60,532 nt of DNA from Acidobacteriota bacterium (lineage in GTDB: Bacteria; Acidobacteriota; Thermoanaerobaculia; Thermoanaerobaculales; Sulfomarinibacteraceae). Positions 46,426 through 55,884 of this stretch are shown here, one piece after another. Within the stretch, counting starts at the first letter, position 1, and each line of letters opens with the position of its first letter. The position numbers and the translations under genes were made by a program. The stretch is taken from NCBI GenBank assembly GCA_022340775.1, contig JAJDNH010000166.1, positions 1 to 60,532 of the forward strand, in the 5' to 3' direction. The notes beneath the pieces were generated by a model, which saw only the letters and a program-made list of their open reading frames with translations, searched no databases and was not told where the DNA came from.

Positions 46426-47598
46426 CTACAGCTCTCGTAAGGCGGAGGCGACTGGGAGGCGGGCGGCGCGCAGGGCCGGCAGGAGGCCGCCGACCAGCCC
46501 CATCAGCAGCGCGAACGCCATGCCGGCGCCAAGCAGTCCCGGCGTGACCTTGAAGGCAAATGCCAGGTGGGAGAACGTCTGCCAGTTCATGGTCCCGGTG
46601 GTGTAGCCGTTGATCGGGAGCACCACCAGGCAGCCGAGCACGCCTCCAGCCAGTGCGATGAAGAGCGACTCGGCCACGAACGACGTCACCACCGAGGCGC
46701 TGCCAAAGCCGAGCGCGCGCAGGGTGGCGATCTCCCGGGACCGCGCCGCCACCGCCGAGTACATCGTGTTGAGGGCGCCAAACACCGCGCCGATCCCCAT
46801 CACCAGGGCGACCAGGAAGCCGAGGACCCGGATCAAGGTCGTCACCGTCTGCGACTGCTTGGCGTAGTAGGCACTCTCGCGGTCGACCTGCACCGTGAGC
46901 CTGGGGTCCGAGGTCAGCGCGTCCTTGAAATCGGTGAAGGCCGCAGATGAGGTGAGCCGAACCGTCGCCGACTGGAAGATGTTCTCCGGCCGCTTGTAGG
47001 TCTGGTTCAGCACCCTGGCATCACACCACAGCTCGGAGTCGAAGGCACTGCCGCCAGCGTCGAAGATGCCAACAACCTTCCACGTCTGGCCTCCGAACGC
47101 CACCGGCACTCCGAGTCCCAGCCCGCCGTAGATCTTCTCGGCGTTGCTGCCGACAACCAGCTCGGTCAGGCCGGAGTGGAAGAACCGGCCCTCGACGATC
47201 TTGACCTGCGGCCGAACCTGCAACACGGACGGTGACACGCCGCGTACCTGCACGTTGGCGTCGGTGCCCGTGCTCTTGAGTGGAAAGGGGGCAATCACCA
47301 CCACCTCGCCGCTGATCAAGGGAGCGCCCTCCGCCGTCCGCGCCACCTGCAGGGCGTCACCGATCACCTTCACCTGGTCGAGATCGACGACGCTCCCCAG
47401 CTCGGCCGCGGCTCCGGCCCGTCGGACGATGGCGTTGCGTGGCGAGCCCGAGGCTGCCAGCGTCGCCTGGAAACCTCTCGCCATCGACAGCATGGCCACG
47501 AAAACGCCGACCGTACCGGCGATGCCGAGCACCGCCACCAACGCCGCCGTCCACCGTGCTACCACGCTGCGGACGTTGTAGGACAGCGGGATCGCCAT
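46426..47598 (-). CDS. ABC transporter permease (MacB/FtsX family)
   Basis: R.REIATLRALGF, AESL, periplasmic domain. Confidence 0.92.
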   Translation of the reverse strand: MAIPLSYNVRSVVARWTAALVAVLGIAGTVGVFVAMLSMARGFQATLAASGSPRNAIVRRAGAAAELGSVVDLDQVKVIGDALQVARTAEGAPLISGEVVVIAPFPLKSTGTDANVQVRGVSPSVLQVRPQVKIVEGRFFHSGLTELVVGSNAEKIYGGLGLGVPVAFGGQTWKVVGIFDAGGSAFDSELWCDARVLNQTYKRPENIFQSATVRLTSSAAFTDFKDALTSDPRLTVQVDRESAYYAKQSQTVTTLIRVLGFLVALVMGIGAVFGALNTMYSAVAARSREIATLRALGFGSASVVTSFVAESLFIALAGGVLGCLVVLPINGYTTGTMNWQTFSHLAFAFKVTPGLLGAGMAFALLMGLVGGLLPALRAARLPVASALREL

Positions 47599-47600
47599 GC

Positions 47601-48743
47601 TCACACCCTCCTCAGCGCGTCGACGATCTTGAGCCGCATGGCGGTCACCGCCGGCACGATCCCGGACAGCACACCCACCATCGCCGCCAGCAGAAGGCCA
47701 AGCGCCATCTTCCAGGGTGCGAGGTAGAAGATCGGCAGCAGCCCCCCCGTCGGGTCTCCGCTCAGGGTGAACGCCTTCGCCAAGCCGAGCCCGATCACGC
47801 CCCCCAGCAGGGCCAGCGTGAGAGCCTCGGCCAGCACCAGACCGAGCACGCCGGCATCGGTAAAGCCCACGGTCTTGAGGACGGCAAGCTCGCCGATCCG
47901 TTCGCGCACCGCCATCGCCATCGTGTTGCCGGTGACCAGCAGCAGGGTGAAGAACACCACACCGCCGATCGACAGGATGATGAAGCGGATGTTGCCGATC
48001 TGCTTGGCGAACGAAGCCGCGAACGCCTTCTCGGTGTCGGTGTGGGTCTCCCACGCCGAGTTGGCAAAACGGGCATCAATCGCCTTGACGACGTCGACCG
48101 CGTGGTCCGGATTGTCCACGCGGACCACGTACCAGCCGACGTAGCCCTTGAACCATTCAGGCCCGCGCTCCTCCAGATACTTACGGTGGAACCAAAACTG
48201 TGTTGTGTCGTCGTCCGGACGCTTGCCGGTGTAGATGCCGTCGAGGTTGAACTCCCATGTCCCCGGGAAGATCGTGCCGCGCAGTGGGATCCGGTCCCCG
48301 ACCTTCCACCCGAACCGCTTGGCCGTGGCCTGTCCGACAACGCACCCCTCGCGGTCGCCCAGGAACGTCTTCCACTGCGCGGGCGGCACCGAGTACTCCG
48401 GATACATCTTCAGGAAGCTCTCGGGGTCGATCGCGAACTGGGGAAAGAAGTTCCTCTCGTCCTGGTAGACGCCGCCGAACCACGAGGCATAGGTGACCGC
48501 GGTGACACCGGGAATCTGCAGCAGCCGATCGCGGTAGGCGATCGGCAGCGGCTGGATCAACGACACCCGGTTGATCACGACCAGGCGATCCGCCCCCGCC
48601 ACCTCGACACCCTGGCTGAGGGCCGTCTCGACCGTGACCAGCAGTCCGAACAGGAACAGCGCCACCGCGATCGAGCCCAAGGTCAGAAACGCGCGCGTCT
48701 TCTTGCGGAAGAGGTTGCGCACGATCAGGGGCAGGTACTTCAT
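47601..48743 (-). CDS. ABC transporter permease (MacB/FtsX family)
   Basis: RNLFRKKTR..LT, ER..ELAVLKTVGF. Confidence 0.92.
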   Translation of the reverse strand: MKYLPLIVRNLFRKKTRAFLTLGSIAVALFLFGLLVTVETALSQGVEVAGADRLVVINRVSLIQPLPIAYRDRLLQIPGVTAVTYASWFGGVYQDERNFFPQFAIDPESFLKMYPEYSVPPAQWKTFLGDREGCVVGQATAKRFGWKVGDRIPLRGTIFPGTWEFNLDGIYTGKRPDDDTTQFWFHRKYLEERGPEWFKGYVGWYVVRVDNPDHAVDVVKAIDARFANSAWETHTDTEKAFAASFAKQIGNIRFIILSIGGVVFFTLLLVTGNTMAMAVRERIGELAVLKTVGFTDAGVLGLVLAEALTLALLGGVIGLGLAKAFTLSGDPTGGLLPIFYLAPWKMALGLLLAAMVGVLSGIVPAVTAMRLKIVDALRRV

Positions 48744-49465
48744 GAACCGGCGTTCCCCTGGGGTGAATCGACCAGTGCGCCCTTCTCCAGATGGAGGATC
48801 ACGTTCGCCCACTCGGCCGCGCGCGGGTCGTGGGTCACCATCAGCACCGTCTTGCCGTGCTCGGACACCAGTGCCGAGATCAGGCCGAGGATCTCGTCGG
48901 CACTCTTGCGGTCGAGGTCACCCGTCGGCTCATCGCAGAGCAAGAAAGTCGGGTCGGCGACGATCGCGCGCGCGATCGCGACCCGCTGCTCCTGTCCGCC
49001 GGACAGCTGCCTCGGGTAGTGTTTCATGCGGTCCGACAAGCCCATCAGTGACAGCGCCGTCTCGACGTGCCGCCGGCGCTCGGCCCGCGACAGGTTGGTC
49101 AAGAGCAGCGGCAGCTCGACATTCTGGAAGGCGGTCAGGACCGGGATCAGGTTGTACATCTGAAACACGAAACCGACGTGGCGCGCCCGCCACCCCGTCA
49201 GGCGACGACCCGACATGGCGGTCACCGTGTCCTCGCCGACCCTGATGCTGCCGGCCGACGGCGTGTCGAGGCCGCCAAGGAGGTTGAGGAGCGTGGTCTT
49301 ACCGGATCCGCTGGGGCCCATGAACGCCACGAACTCGCCCGCCCCGACGTCCAGGTTCAGCCCCTGCAGCACGTGGATCTCCTCGCTGCCGCGGCGATAG
49401 GTCTTGTCCAGGTTCCTGACCCGGATCAGACTGCCGTCGACGTCGCTGCCGTCAACTCTCACCAT
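48740..49465 (-). CDS. ABC transporter ATP-binding protein (LolD/MacB-like)
   Basis: GPSGSGKT, LSGGQEQR, DEPTGDLD, VTHD. Confidence 0.95.
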   Translation of the reverse strand: MVRVDGSDVDGSLIRVRNLDKTYRRGSEEIHVLQGLNLDVGAGEFVAFMGPSGSGKTTLLNLLGGLDTPSAGSIRVGEDTVTAMSGRRLTGWRARHVGFVFQMYNLIPVLTAFQNVELPLLLTNLSRAERRRHVETALSLMGLSDRMKHYPRQLSGGQEQRVAIARAIVADPTFLLCDEPTGDLDRKSADEILGLISALVSEHGKTVLMVTHDPRAAEWANVILHLEKGALVDSPQGNAGS

Positions 49466-49525
49466 GTCGTCCTCCACGTGGGGCCCTGGGAAGGCACATG
49501 CTTCCCCTTCCGCGGTAGCCTCGCG

Positions 49526-50749
49526 TCATTCGCGGACCTTGACTCTCTGCCCGTCCTCGAGATTCTCGGGCCCGGCCACGACCACCTTTTCGCCCGGCTC
49601 GACACCGGCGAGGATATCGACCTCTGAGCCGTGCCGCTGTCCCAGCGAAACCGCCCGCCTGGTGATGGTGTCGCCGGAGAGGACGAAGGCGACGCTCTTC
49701 CCATCCAACTTTCGGATCGCGGTCTGGGGAACCACTGCCCTTACCGGAGCGGTACCGGGCTTCCGCTGGGCCGGCTCGAGGAACGTCACCTTCACACCCA
49801 TGTCGGGGAGGATGCGCGGGTCGAGCTTCTCGAACGAAATCCGCACCTTGACCGTTGCCTTCTGGCGGTCTGCGGTCGGGATTACGGTCCGCACGTGGGC
49901 CGGGATCCTCCAGTCGGGGTAAGCGTCCAGAACCGCCTCGACCCGCTGCCCAGGGGTCACGCGGGCGATGTAGGACTCGTTGACATCAACCTCGATCTCG
50001 AGAGAGCTCATGTCCACAATCGTCGAGATACCGGTGCGCGTGAAGCCGCCGCCCGCTGACACCGGCGAGACCATCTCACCGGGCTGCGCGTCTTTCGACA
50101 CCGCCGTACCGGCAAACGGCGACCGGATCACGTAATTGTCGAGGTCCTGTTGTGCCACGGCCAGCTGAGCTTCGGCTGCGTCGAGCTGCTGCTTGGCGAC
50201 CTCCAGGCGCGCTTTCAGGCTGTCAACGGTGGTCTCGGCATCGTCCAGTTGCTCCCGGCTCGCCACCTGGTCCGCGGCCAGGCCGTGCACCCGTTTCAGG
50301 TTGCGCTCGGCGTTGGCCAGGTTGACGCGCAGGTCGGCCAGTCCCGCCCTCGCGACGTCGCGCTCGGCCTTGGTGGCGTCGCGGCGTGCCCGGGCATCGG
50401 AGTCATCGAGACGGGCCAGGACCTGCCCCTTCTCGACCTGCATCCCCTCCTCGACCATGACCTCGGACACCCGTCCGGTGACCTTGGCCGCCACTGTCGC
50501 CTTGCGCCTCGGCGTCACGTACCCGCTGGCGTTGAGCACCGCTGTTTCCTGCGACCCAGCGCCTGGCCTGGCCGCGGCGACCTCGACCTCGGCGGTGCGG
50601 CCGGAGCCGAGCACGAAGACGACGGTGGCGGCAAGGGCCACGATGACCGCAACCGTCGCCACCAGGATCCAACGCCCGCCACGGCCCGCCGTCCTCTGAT
50701 GGCGGTCGATCCTGAGCTCTGCGAGGTTCGGCTTCTCGTGCTCGTTCAT
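49526..50749 (-). CDS. Efflux periplasmic adaptor (MacA/HlyD-like)
   Basis: N-terminal TM, GRV..V.VEEG..V..GQVLARLD, coiled hairpin, IRSPFAG. Confidence 0.93.
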   Translation of the reverse strand: MNEHEKPNLAELRIDRHQRTAGRGGRWILVATVAVIVALAATVVFVLGSGRTAEVEVAAARPGAGSQETAVLNASGYVTPRRKATVAAKVTGRVSEVMVEEGMQVEKGQVLARLDDSDARARRDATKAERDVARAGLADLRVNLANAERNLKRVHGLAADQVASREQLDDAETTVDSLKARLEVAKQQLDAAEAQLAVAQQDLDNYVIRSPFAGTAVSKDAQPGEMVSPVSAGGGFTRTGISTIVDMSSLEIEVDVNESYIARVTPGQRVEAVLDAYPDWRIPAHVRTVIPTADRQKATVKVRISFEKLDPRILPDMGVKVTFLEPAQRKPGTAPVRAVVPQTAIRKLDGKSVAFVLSGDTITRRAVSLGQRHGSEVDILAGVEPGEKVVVAGPENLEDGQRVKVRE

Positions 50750-50788
50750 CTGACTCCCTGCCGTTCGTATCGTCGGATTCTACAGCAT

Positions 50789-50819
50789 CACGCCCGGATC
50801 ATCCGTCCGCAATCTACTG
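50789..50819 (+). repeat. 5' fragment of the MITE-like element
   Basis: GCCCGGATCATCCGTCCGCAATCTACTG matches the start of copies 1-3. Confidence 0.55.
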
Positions 50820-51124
50820 GAGGCCCAGCCGCGCTTAGGTCACTCCGGCGGCCGCGCGGTCGCGGGGCGACCGCCCGTCTCACGATTCCGGACAGTCGCA
50901 AAGCCACGAGAACAGATCACCGGCCCGACGGCGACTGCCCGGAATCGCTCGAGCCGCCTCTTTCAATCGTGAGGCCGATTCTCTGATCGCCAAGGGCCGA
51001 GATTGCCCCCCTTGACGTTTCTCGCCATCGCCAACCCCTCGTGAATGCCGTTCAGAGAAACATCAAGGACCGCACGTCCGGTTGAACTCCACATGCTCCG
51101 AAACGCAGTATAGGGGGGTACTCC

Positions 51125-51261
51125 GGGCGGGTGGGGGTCCTCTCACTCTTCACCCCTCAATCTCTGGGGCGGGTTGGGGATGCGTTTCCCGTCTTCCGTC
51201 TTCCGTTTCCCTTCCCCGGGCGGGTGGGGGCAACCTAATTACCTAGTCACTTAATCACTTA
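51125..51261 (-). repeat. Composite repeat: three 13-bp G/C-boxes separated by distinct 7-bp arrays plus an 8-bp array
   Basis: GGGCGGGT(G/T)GGGG at 51125, 51167, 51218; spacers CCTCTCA/CTCTTCA/CCCCTCA and CGTTTCC/CGTCTTC; minus strand TAAGTGAT TAAGTGAC TAGGTAAT TAGGTTGC. Confidence 0.85.
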
Positions 51262-51266
51262 CCGGG

Positions 51267-52013
51267 TCACTTCGTCTTCTTGGTGCCCCTCGTGGTCTTC
51301 TTCTCTGTGGGCTTTTCTGTCCCTGTGGCTTTCTTGGCAGCCTTGGCCTTTGTGGTTGCTGTCGCCTTCTTGGTACCCGCAGCCTTCTTAGTGGTCTTGG
51401 TGGCCTTGGTGGCCTTGGCGGTCGTCGCCTTCTTGCCGGTCTGGACGGTCTTCTTCTCCGGCTTTTTCGGCTTCGCGATGGCCGTGCCGCTCTCGTCATA
51501 GCCATCGAGCACCCCGTCGAGACCAGCCCAGAAGGTGCCGTCGGCGACCTTGAGGGTGGCAAGGTAGATGAGCGCCTGGTGGTCGTGCCCTTCGAGCAAC
51601 GCGGAGGCTGCCGTGGCCACCGTCTTGGGATCCGGGTTGTCGGCATCCTCGGGCAGGTCGAGCACACCGTCCTCGTGCGGCAGGCCGACGCCGTCCAGGA
51701 ACTCGACCAGCAGGTTCCGGCGCTGCACCATATGGAGGTGGAACAGGAACTGGAACAGCACCGGCTCAGGGAGGTCCTTGGCCAGGTGAGTCAGGCGACC
51801 AGCCACCATCTCCGCCGACAGCCGGCGCACCGACTGCATCCGGAACTTCAGCTCCTTGGCGAGCACCCCCTGCAGCGCCTGTCTGGCCTCTCCCTCCGCG
51901 TTCTCCCAGGTCACGGTGGCGGCGGAACGCTGCTCGTCCTCCGTCAACAGATCCCAGACGGCAAAGGCTCCACGATCCTCGACCGCTTCCTTGAGGCTTC
52001 GGGTGTCGGGCAT
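51267..52013 (-). CDS. Hypothetical protein with Lys/Thr/Ala-rich histone H1-like C-terminal tail
   Basis: FLD..G.PH.DG domain followed by KKATT/KATK repeats. Confidence 0.8.
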   Translation of the reverse strand: MPDTRSLKEAVEDRGAFAVWDLLTEDEQRSAATVTWENAEGEARQALQGVLAKELKFRMQSVRRLSAEMVAGRLTHLAKDLPEPVLFQFLFHLHMVQRRNLLVEFLDGVGLPHEDGVLDLPEDADNPDPKTVATAASALLEGHDHQALIYLATLKVADGTFWAGLDGVLDGYDESGTAIAKPKKPEKKTVQTGKKATTAKATKATKTTKKAAGTKKATATTKAKAAKKATGTEKPTEKKTTRGTKKTK

Positions 52014-52066
52014 CTTCGTCCCCTCCCTTTCACAAGGACGATACCAGCGCGGGTCTCGGAGGACAA

Positions 52067-53443
52067 TCAGCGCGCCAACGCTCGTCCCTGGTGGAGACGC
52101 TGGATGACGTCACGGCGTTCATCGCGCAGACGCTCCGAGATGGCGACCGTAAACCGCGGGTCGGCCGGCTCCAGGCGACGCAACCTCTCAGGCAGCCGCG
52201 CTATCTCCGCCCCGGCCCTCCGTCTCGCGACAGTCAGCGGCTCGTTCCCGGCCTCGGTACGCTTGCCGTCACGCATCACGGGCACCAACAAGGGCTCACC
52301 CGGAAGCTCCTCGTCGGCGAGCGCGAGCGTGTCCCCAAGCGGCGTACCATCGTCATGGTGCCGTCTCCACACCTGCTTGACACCGGGCCACGTGTCCTTG
52401 TTGGCTGTGAGCTTGAGGCGCCCGAGGCCCTCCAACTCGGCCAGCTTGTAGGCGATGTCCAGAGAAGGAGCGTCGTTCGACGTTCCCATCCGGGTCCCCA
52501 CCCCGAAGGCATCGATCGGGGCCCCGTCAGCCAGCAAATGGGTAATCCGATACTCGTCCAAATCTCCCGATGCGAAGATCTTCAGGCTCGACAGCCCGGC
52601 CTGATCGAGGCGCCGTCGCGCCTCGCGGGAGAGCGCCACCAGATCGCCCGAATCGAGGCGAATCCCGCGTAGCCGACAGCCTTCTCCGAGCTCTGAAGCG
52701 AGGCGGACGGCTTCGTCGACACCTTCGAGCGTGTCGTAGGTGTCGACCAGCAGAACCGTCTCCGGGTACACAGCCGCGAAGCGCCGGAACGCCTCCATCT
52801 CGTCGTCAAGGGCCTGGATGAAGCTATGGGCCATCGTGCCAGTGATCGGGATTCCGTAGCGGCGTCCGGCGAGCACGTTCGAGGTCGCGGCCAGCCCCGC
52901 GATCCAGTACGCCCTGGCCCCCGCCAGGCCGGCGTCCGCACCGTGCATTCTCCGCAAGCCGAAGTCCACAACCCGCCTGCCGCGTGCACCCAGCAGCACG
53001 CGTGCCGCCTTCGACGCCAACATCGTCTGCAGGTGAACCTGGTTCATGAGCAGGGTCTCGATCAGCTGTGCCTGCGGCAGCGGCGCGGTCACCCGCAGCA
53101 ACGGCTCGAGAGCGAAGGCGACGGTGCCCTCCGGCATCGCGTCCACGTCCCCCGTGAACCGAAAGCCGCGTAGCTGCTCCAGGAACTCCGCCTCGAACAG
53201 GCCGGTCGACTCCAGGTAGGCGAGGTCGTCGGCTCCGAAGGACAGGTTTTCGAGGAGCTCGAGCACTGTGCCGAGACCGGCCGTCAGCAGGAAGTTGCGG
53301 CACTCCGGCAGGCGCCGGACGAACAGGTCGAAAGTCGCCGTCTGGTTCATCCCATACGTGTTGTACGCCTGCATCATCGTCAGCTCGTAAAGGTCAACGA
53401 GGAGGGCGACCGATGACAGACCGAACGGAGCATCCACGGTCAC
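52067..53443 (-). CDS. pncB: Nicotinate phosphoribosyltransferase
   Basis: DLYELTM, DFGLRR, GTMAHS, LVDTYD, IRLDSGD, FGVGT. Confidence 0.95.
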   Translation of the reverse strand: MTVDAPFGLSSVALLVDLYELTMMQAYNTYGMNQTATFDLFVRRLPECRNFLLTAGLGTVLELLENLSFGADDLAYLESTGLFEAEFLEQLRGFRFTGDVDAMPEGTVAFALEPLLRVTAPLPQAQLIETLLMNQVHLQTMLASKAARVLLGARGRRVVDFGLRRMHGADAGLAGARAYWIAGLAATSNVLAGRRYGIPITGTMAHSFIQALDDEMEAFRRFAAVYPETVLLVDTYDTLEGVDEAVRLASELGEGCRLRGIRLDSGDLVALSREARRRLDQAGLSSLKIFASGDLDEYRITHLLADGAPIDAFGVGTRMGTSNDAPSLDIAYKLAELEGLGRLKLTANKDTWPGVKQVWRRHHDDGTPLGDTLALADEELPGEPLLVPVMRDGKRTEAGNEPLTVARRRAGAEIARLPERLRRLEPADPRFTVAISERLRDERRDVIQRLHQGRALAR

Positions 53444-53568
53444 GATCCCACCTCCGGATCGGTGATGCCGCCTCTGCATGCGGCCGAGGCCTCGCCGGGA
53501 GGCGGGCCAGTTTGCACATTGACGAATAGGGGGACGCCGACAAGCTGACGCATGGCTATACTCCCATC

Positions 53569-54360
53569 ATGAAGATCGTACCAGGCACGCCGGCACTGGT
53601 GACCGGCGCCTCCTCTGGGATCGGACGCGAGGTGGCACTGTCCCTGGGTCGCAGGCACTGCCGTGTCGCACTCGTCGCGCGGCGGCGCGAGGCACTGGAG
53701 GAAGTCGCCGAGGGCGTCGCCGACGCCGGGGGGGAGCCGCTGGTCGCACCTGCGGACGTCGCTGACGAGGGCGCGCTCGCAGAGTCCGTGGGCCGGACGG
53801 TGGAGGCATTCGGTGGCCTTCGTCTGGTCGTGGCCAACGCCGGCCTCGGGCGCTACGCGCTGGTCGAGGCACAGGCGCCGCAGATGGCCGAGCAGCTGAT
53901 CCGCGTCAACTACCTGGGCACGGTTGCAACCGTCCGTCACGCCCTCCCCCACTTGCTGGCAGCCACACCCTCGCACGCGGTAGCTGTGGCCTCCTCCGCA
54001 GGACTGATCAGCCACCGCATGAGCTCGGCCTACAGCGCGTCCAAAGCAGCGGTGATCCAGTACCTGGCCGGCCTGCGCCTCGAGGTGCTGGATCGCGGTG
54101 TCGGTGTCACCTGGGTATGCCCGGGCCCGGTTGACACCCCCTACTTCGACCAGTCGAACCTCGATCCCGATCGGGACCTGCCACTGCTCGCACGCCGACT
54201 CGTCCGCCGTCTGCAGCCGGACGAGGTGGCGAGGGCTCTCGTGCGAGCCGTTGAGAGAAACCGCCCCGAGGTCACGCTGCCGGCGATGATGCGTTTCTTC
54301 GTCTGGACCCGGCGCATGACACCCAGGCTGGCCGACTGGATGATCCGCAGATTTCCTTAA
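53569..54360 (+). CDS. SDR family oxidoreductase
   Basis: TGASSGIG, ANAG, YSASK, CPGPVDT. Confidence 0.92.
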   Translation: MKIVPGTPALVTGASSGIGREVALSLGRRHCRVALVARRREALEEVAEGVADAGGEPLVAPADVADEGALAESVGRTVEAFGGLRLVVANAGLGRYALVEAQAPQMAEQLIRVNYLGTVATVRHALPHLLAATPSHAVAVASSAGLISHRMSSAYSASKAAVIQYLAGLRLEVLDRGVGVTWVCPGPVDTPYFDQSNLDPDRDLPLLARRLVRRLQPDEVARALVRAVERNRPEVTLPAMMRFFVWTRRMTPRLADWMIRRFP

Positions 54361-54391
54361 CCCGCGTTGGCCCCCTCGAGGGATGCAGCCG

Positions 54392-54476
54392 CAGATCACA
54401 GGTCCGCCATACCCCGGTCCCCTCACCAAGGACGGTCCCGCGGTGGGGCGGGGATGGGACTGAAGGCGGCAAACGG
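54392..54476 (+). repeat. REP-like intergenic repeat, copy B
   Basis: Homologous to 46101-46200. Confidence 0.7.
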
Positions 54477-54535
54477 CCACCCCGCCGCGGGCCAGGAAAC
54501 CAAGAAATCTCAAAGACTAGAGTCCGGAGAATCTT

Positions 54536-54718
54536 CGAGCCCGGGTTATCCGGGCGCGATCGTAGCGAGAGCGGCGAGACGCTTGTCAGGGCTGGGATCT
54601 GAGCGTCGAGCTGCCGGAGGCATACTCCCTGTATGTTGAGGACAGCGAGACGCAAAGAGCACGGCCCTGGCTGGCGTTTCGTCGCTCGCAGTAGTTCGGA
54701 ACGGATGAGCCGGGCTAA
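54536..54718 (-). mobile_element. ~185-bp palindromic MITE-like element, copy 3
   Basis: Aligns with 41066-41251; terminal TAG is the stop codon of 54715-55794. Confidence 0.85.
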
Positions 54719-55794
54719 ACGAGGTACTCGCCGTCCTTGATGATCTCGATGCTGCGACCGTCCGCGTGCAGGATCGCCGCACGTCGCACCTGCACGGGGT
54801 TGCCCTTGGCGTAGACGATGTCCTGATGGACGACCGTCTCCGGCGACCGGAAGTCGGCGACTCCGGTCACCCCGCCGAGGTGGTCGGAACGGCCGAACGC
54901 CCAGTGGAAACCGGCCTTCTCGTCCTCGAGCACGTTGCCGGTAACGGCCGCGCGCTCGTTGACGCCGAACGCGACCTCGGCGATGTTGGCCCGCGTCGGA
55001 TCCTCACTGAACATCTCGGCGTAACGATCTGCCACCGATCCCTCGCCCTCGACCATCTGGACACGGTTGGCGCTGACGTGGAAGAGGATGGTCTGCCCCT
55101 CCTCGATCACCGGGATCACGCCTGCCGTCCAAGAAGGATCACCCTCCAGCTCGCCCTCGTACGGAACCTCGAAGGTCTCGCCGGAGGGGAGATTGATGAT
55201 GCGGTCGCCCTCCTTGAAACGCGGCAGGAAGCCATCATCGACCTCTGCCACGCGGTGGCGAAGGTCGAACCAACAGCGGTGACCGGTGGAAAACTCGACA
55301 TCGCACAGGCTCGCTCCGCGCATCGCCTCCGCGATCTCCTGGCACCGGCGGGCGACCTCGGCGTAGTTGGCGGCCAGCGCGGATTCCTCCATCCGTTTGA
55401 GCACTCCGGGCATCGATGCGGCCCTGAAGTCCTCCTTCTTCTCGGCCATGATCGACAGCGGAGCGGTGGCCGAGTACTCGGTCATCGCGATCACCAGGGT
55501 CGAGGCCACCAGGGTCGGCAGCAGCTCGACCTCGGCGCCCTCCAGCCACCCGACAGCGGGCAGATCGGCGTTGTTGGCCCCGGTGGCCGGAAAGCTGAGC
55601 ATCGGGTTAACCGTAAAGGCGCGCTCGTGGGCGAGGCGCGCCATCGCCTCCCGCCACTCCTCGGCCATCTGCCGCCGTTCACGCCACTCGGCGTTATCGG
55701 AGATCCCGTCGTGAGGAAGGTCCACAGCTACCGTGACCACCTCGTCAGGCTGTGGGTCGAAGACGTCGACCAGAAGCTTCTCGAGATTGAACAT
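54715..55794 (-). CDS. Thermophilic metalloprotease (M29)/aminopeptidase-like protein
   Basis: NLPSGE, IAEVAFG.N, LEDEK, H.AFGRS, HQD; GGAGG RBS. Confidence 0.8.
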   Translation of the reverse strand: MFNLEKLLVDVFDPQPDEVVTVAVDLPHDGISDNAEWRERRQMAEEWREAMARLAHERAFTVNPMLSFPATGANNADLPAVGWLEGAEVELLPTLVASTLVIAMTEYSATAPLSIMAEKKEDFRAASMPGVLKRMEESALAANYAEVARRCQEIAEAMRGASLCDVEFSTGHRCWFDLRHRVAEVDDGFLPRFKEGDRIINLPSGETFEVPYEGELEGDPSWTAGVIPVIEEGQTILFHVSANRVQMVEGEGSVADRYAEMFSEDPTRANIAEVAFGVNERAAVTGNVLEDEKAGFHWAFGRSDHLGGVTGVADFRSPETVVHQDIVYAKGNPVQVRRAAILHADGRSIEIIKDGEYLV

Positions 55795-55884
55795 CCAGCC
55801 CTCCAGCTGATTCAATCCGGGCACCTCGCCGTGCCGCGGGGTGCCAATTGTACTCCCGCCGTCGGTTCGCGCTATTCTCCCGGC

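Noticed and set aside
51125-51230. Possible CRISPR mini-array
   Set aside because: Repeat is only 13 bp and non-palindromic, spacers are microsatellites, and no cas genes are present; reported instead as a composite repeat
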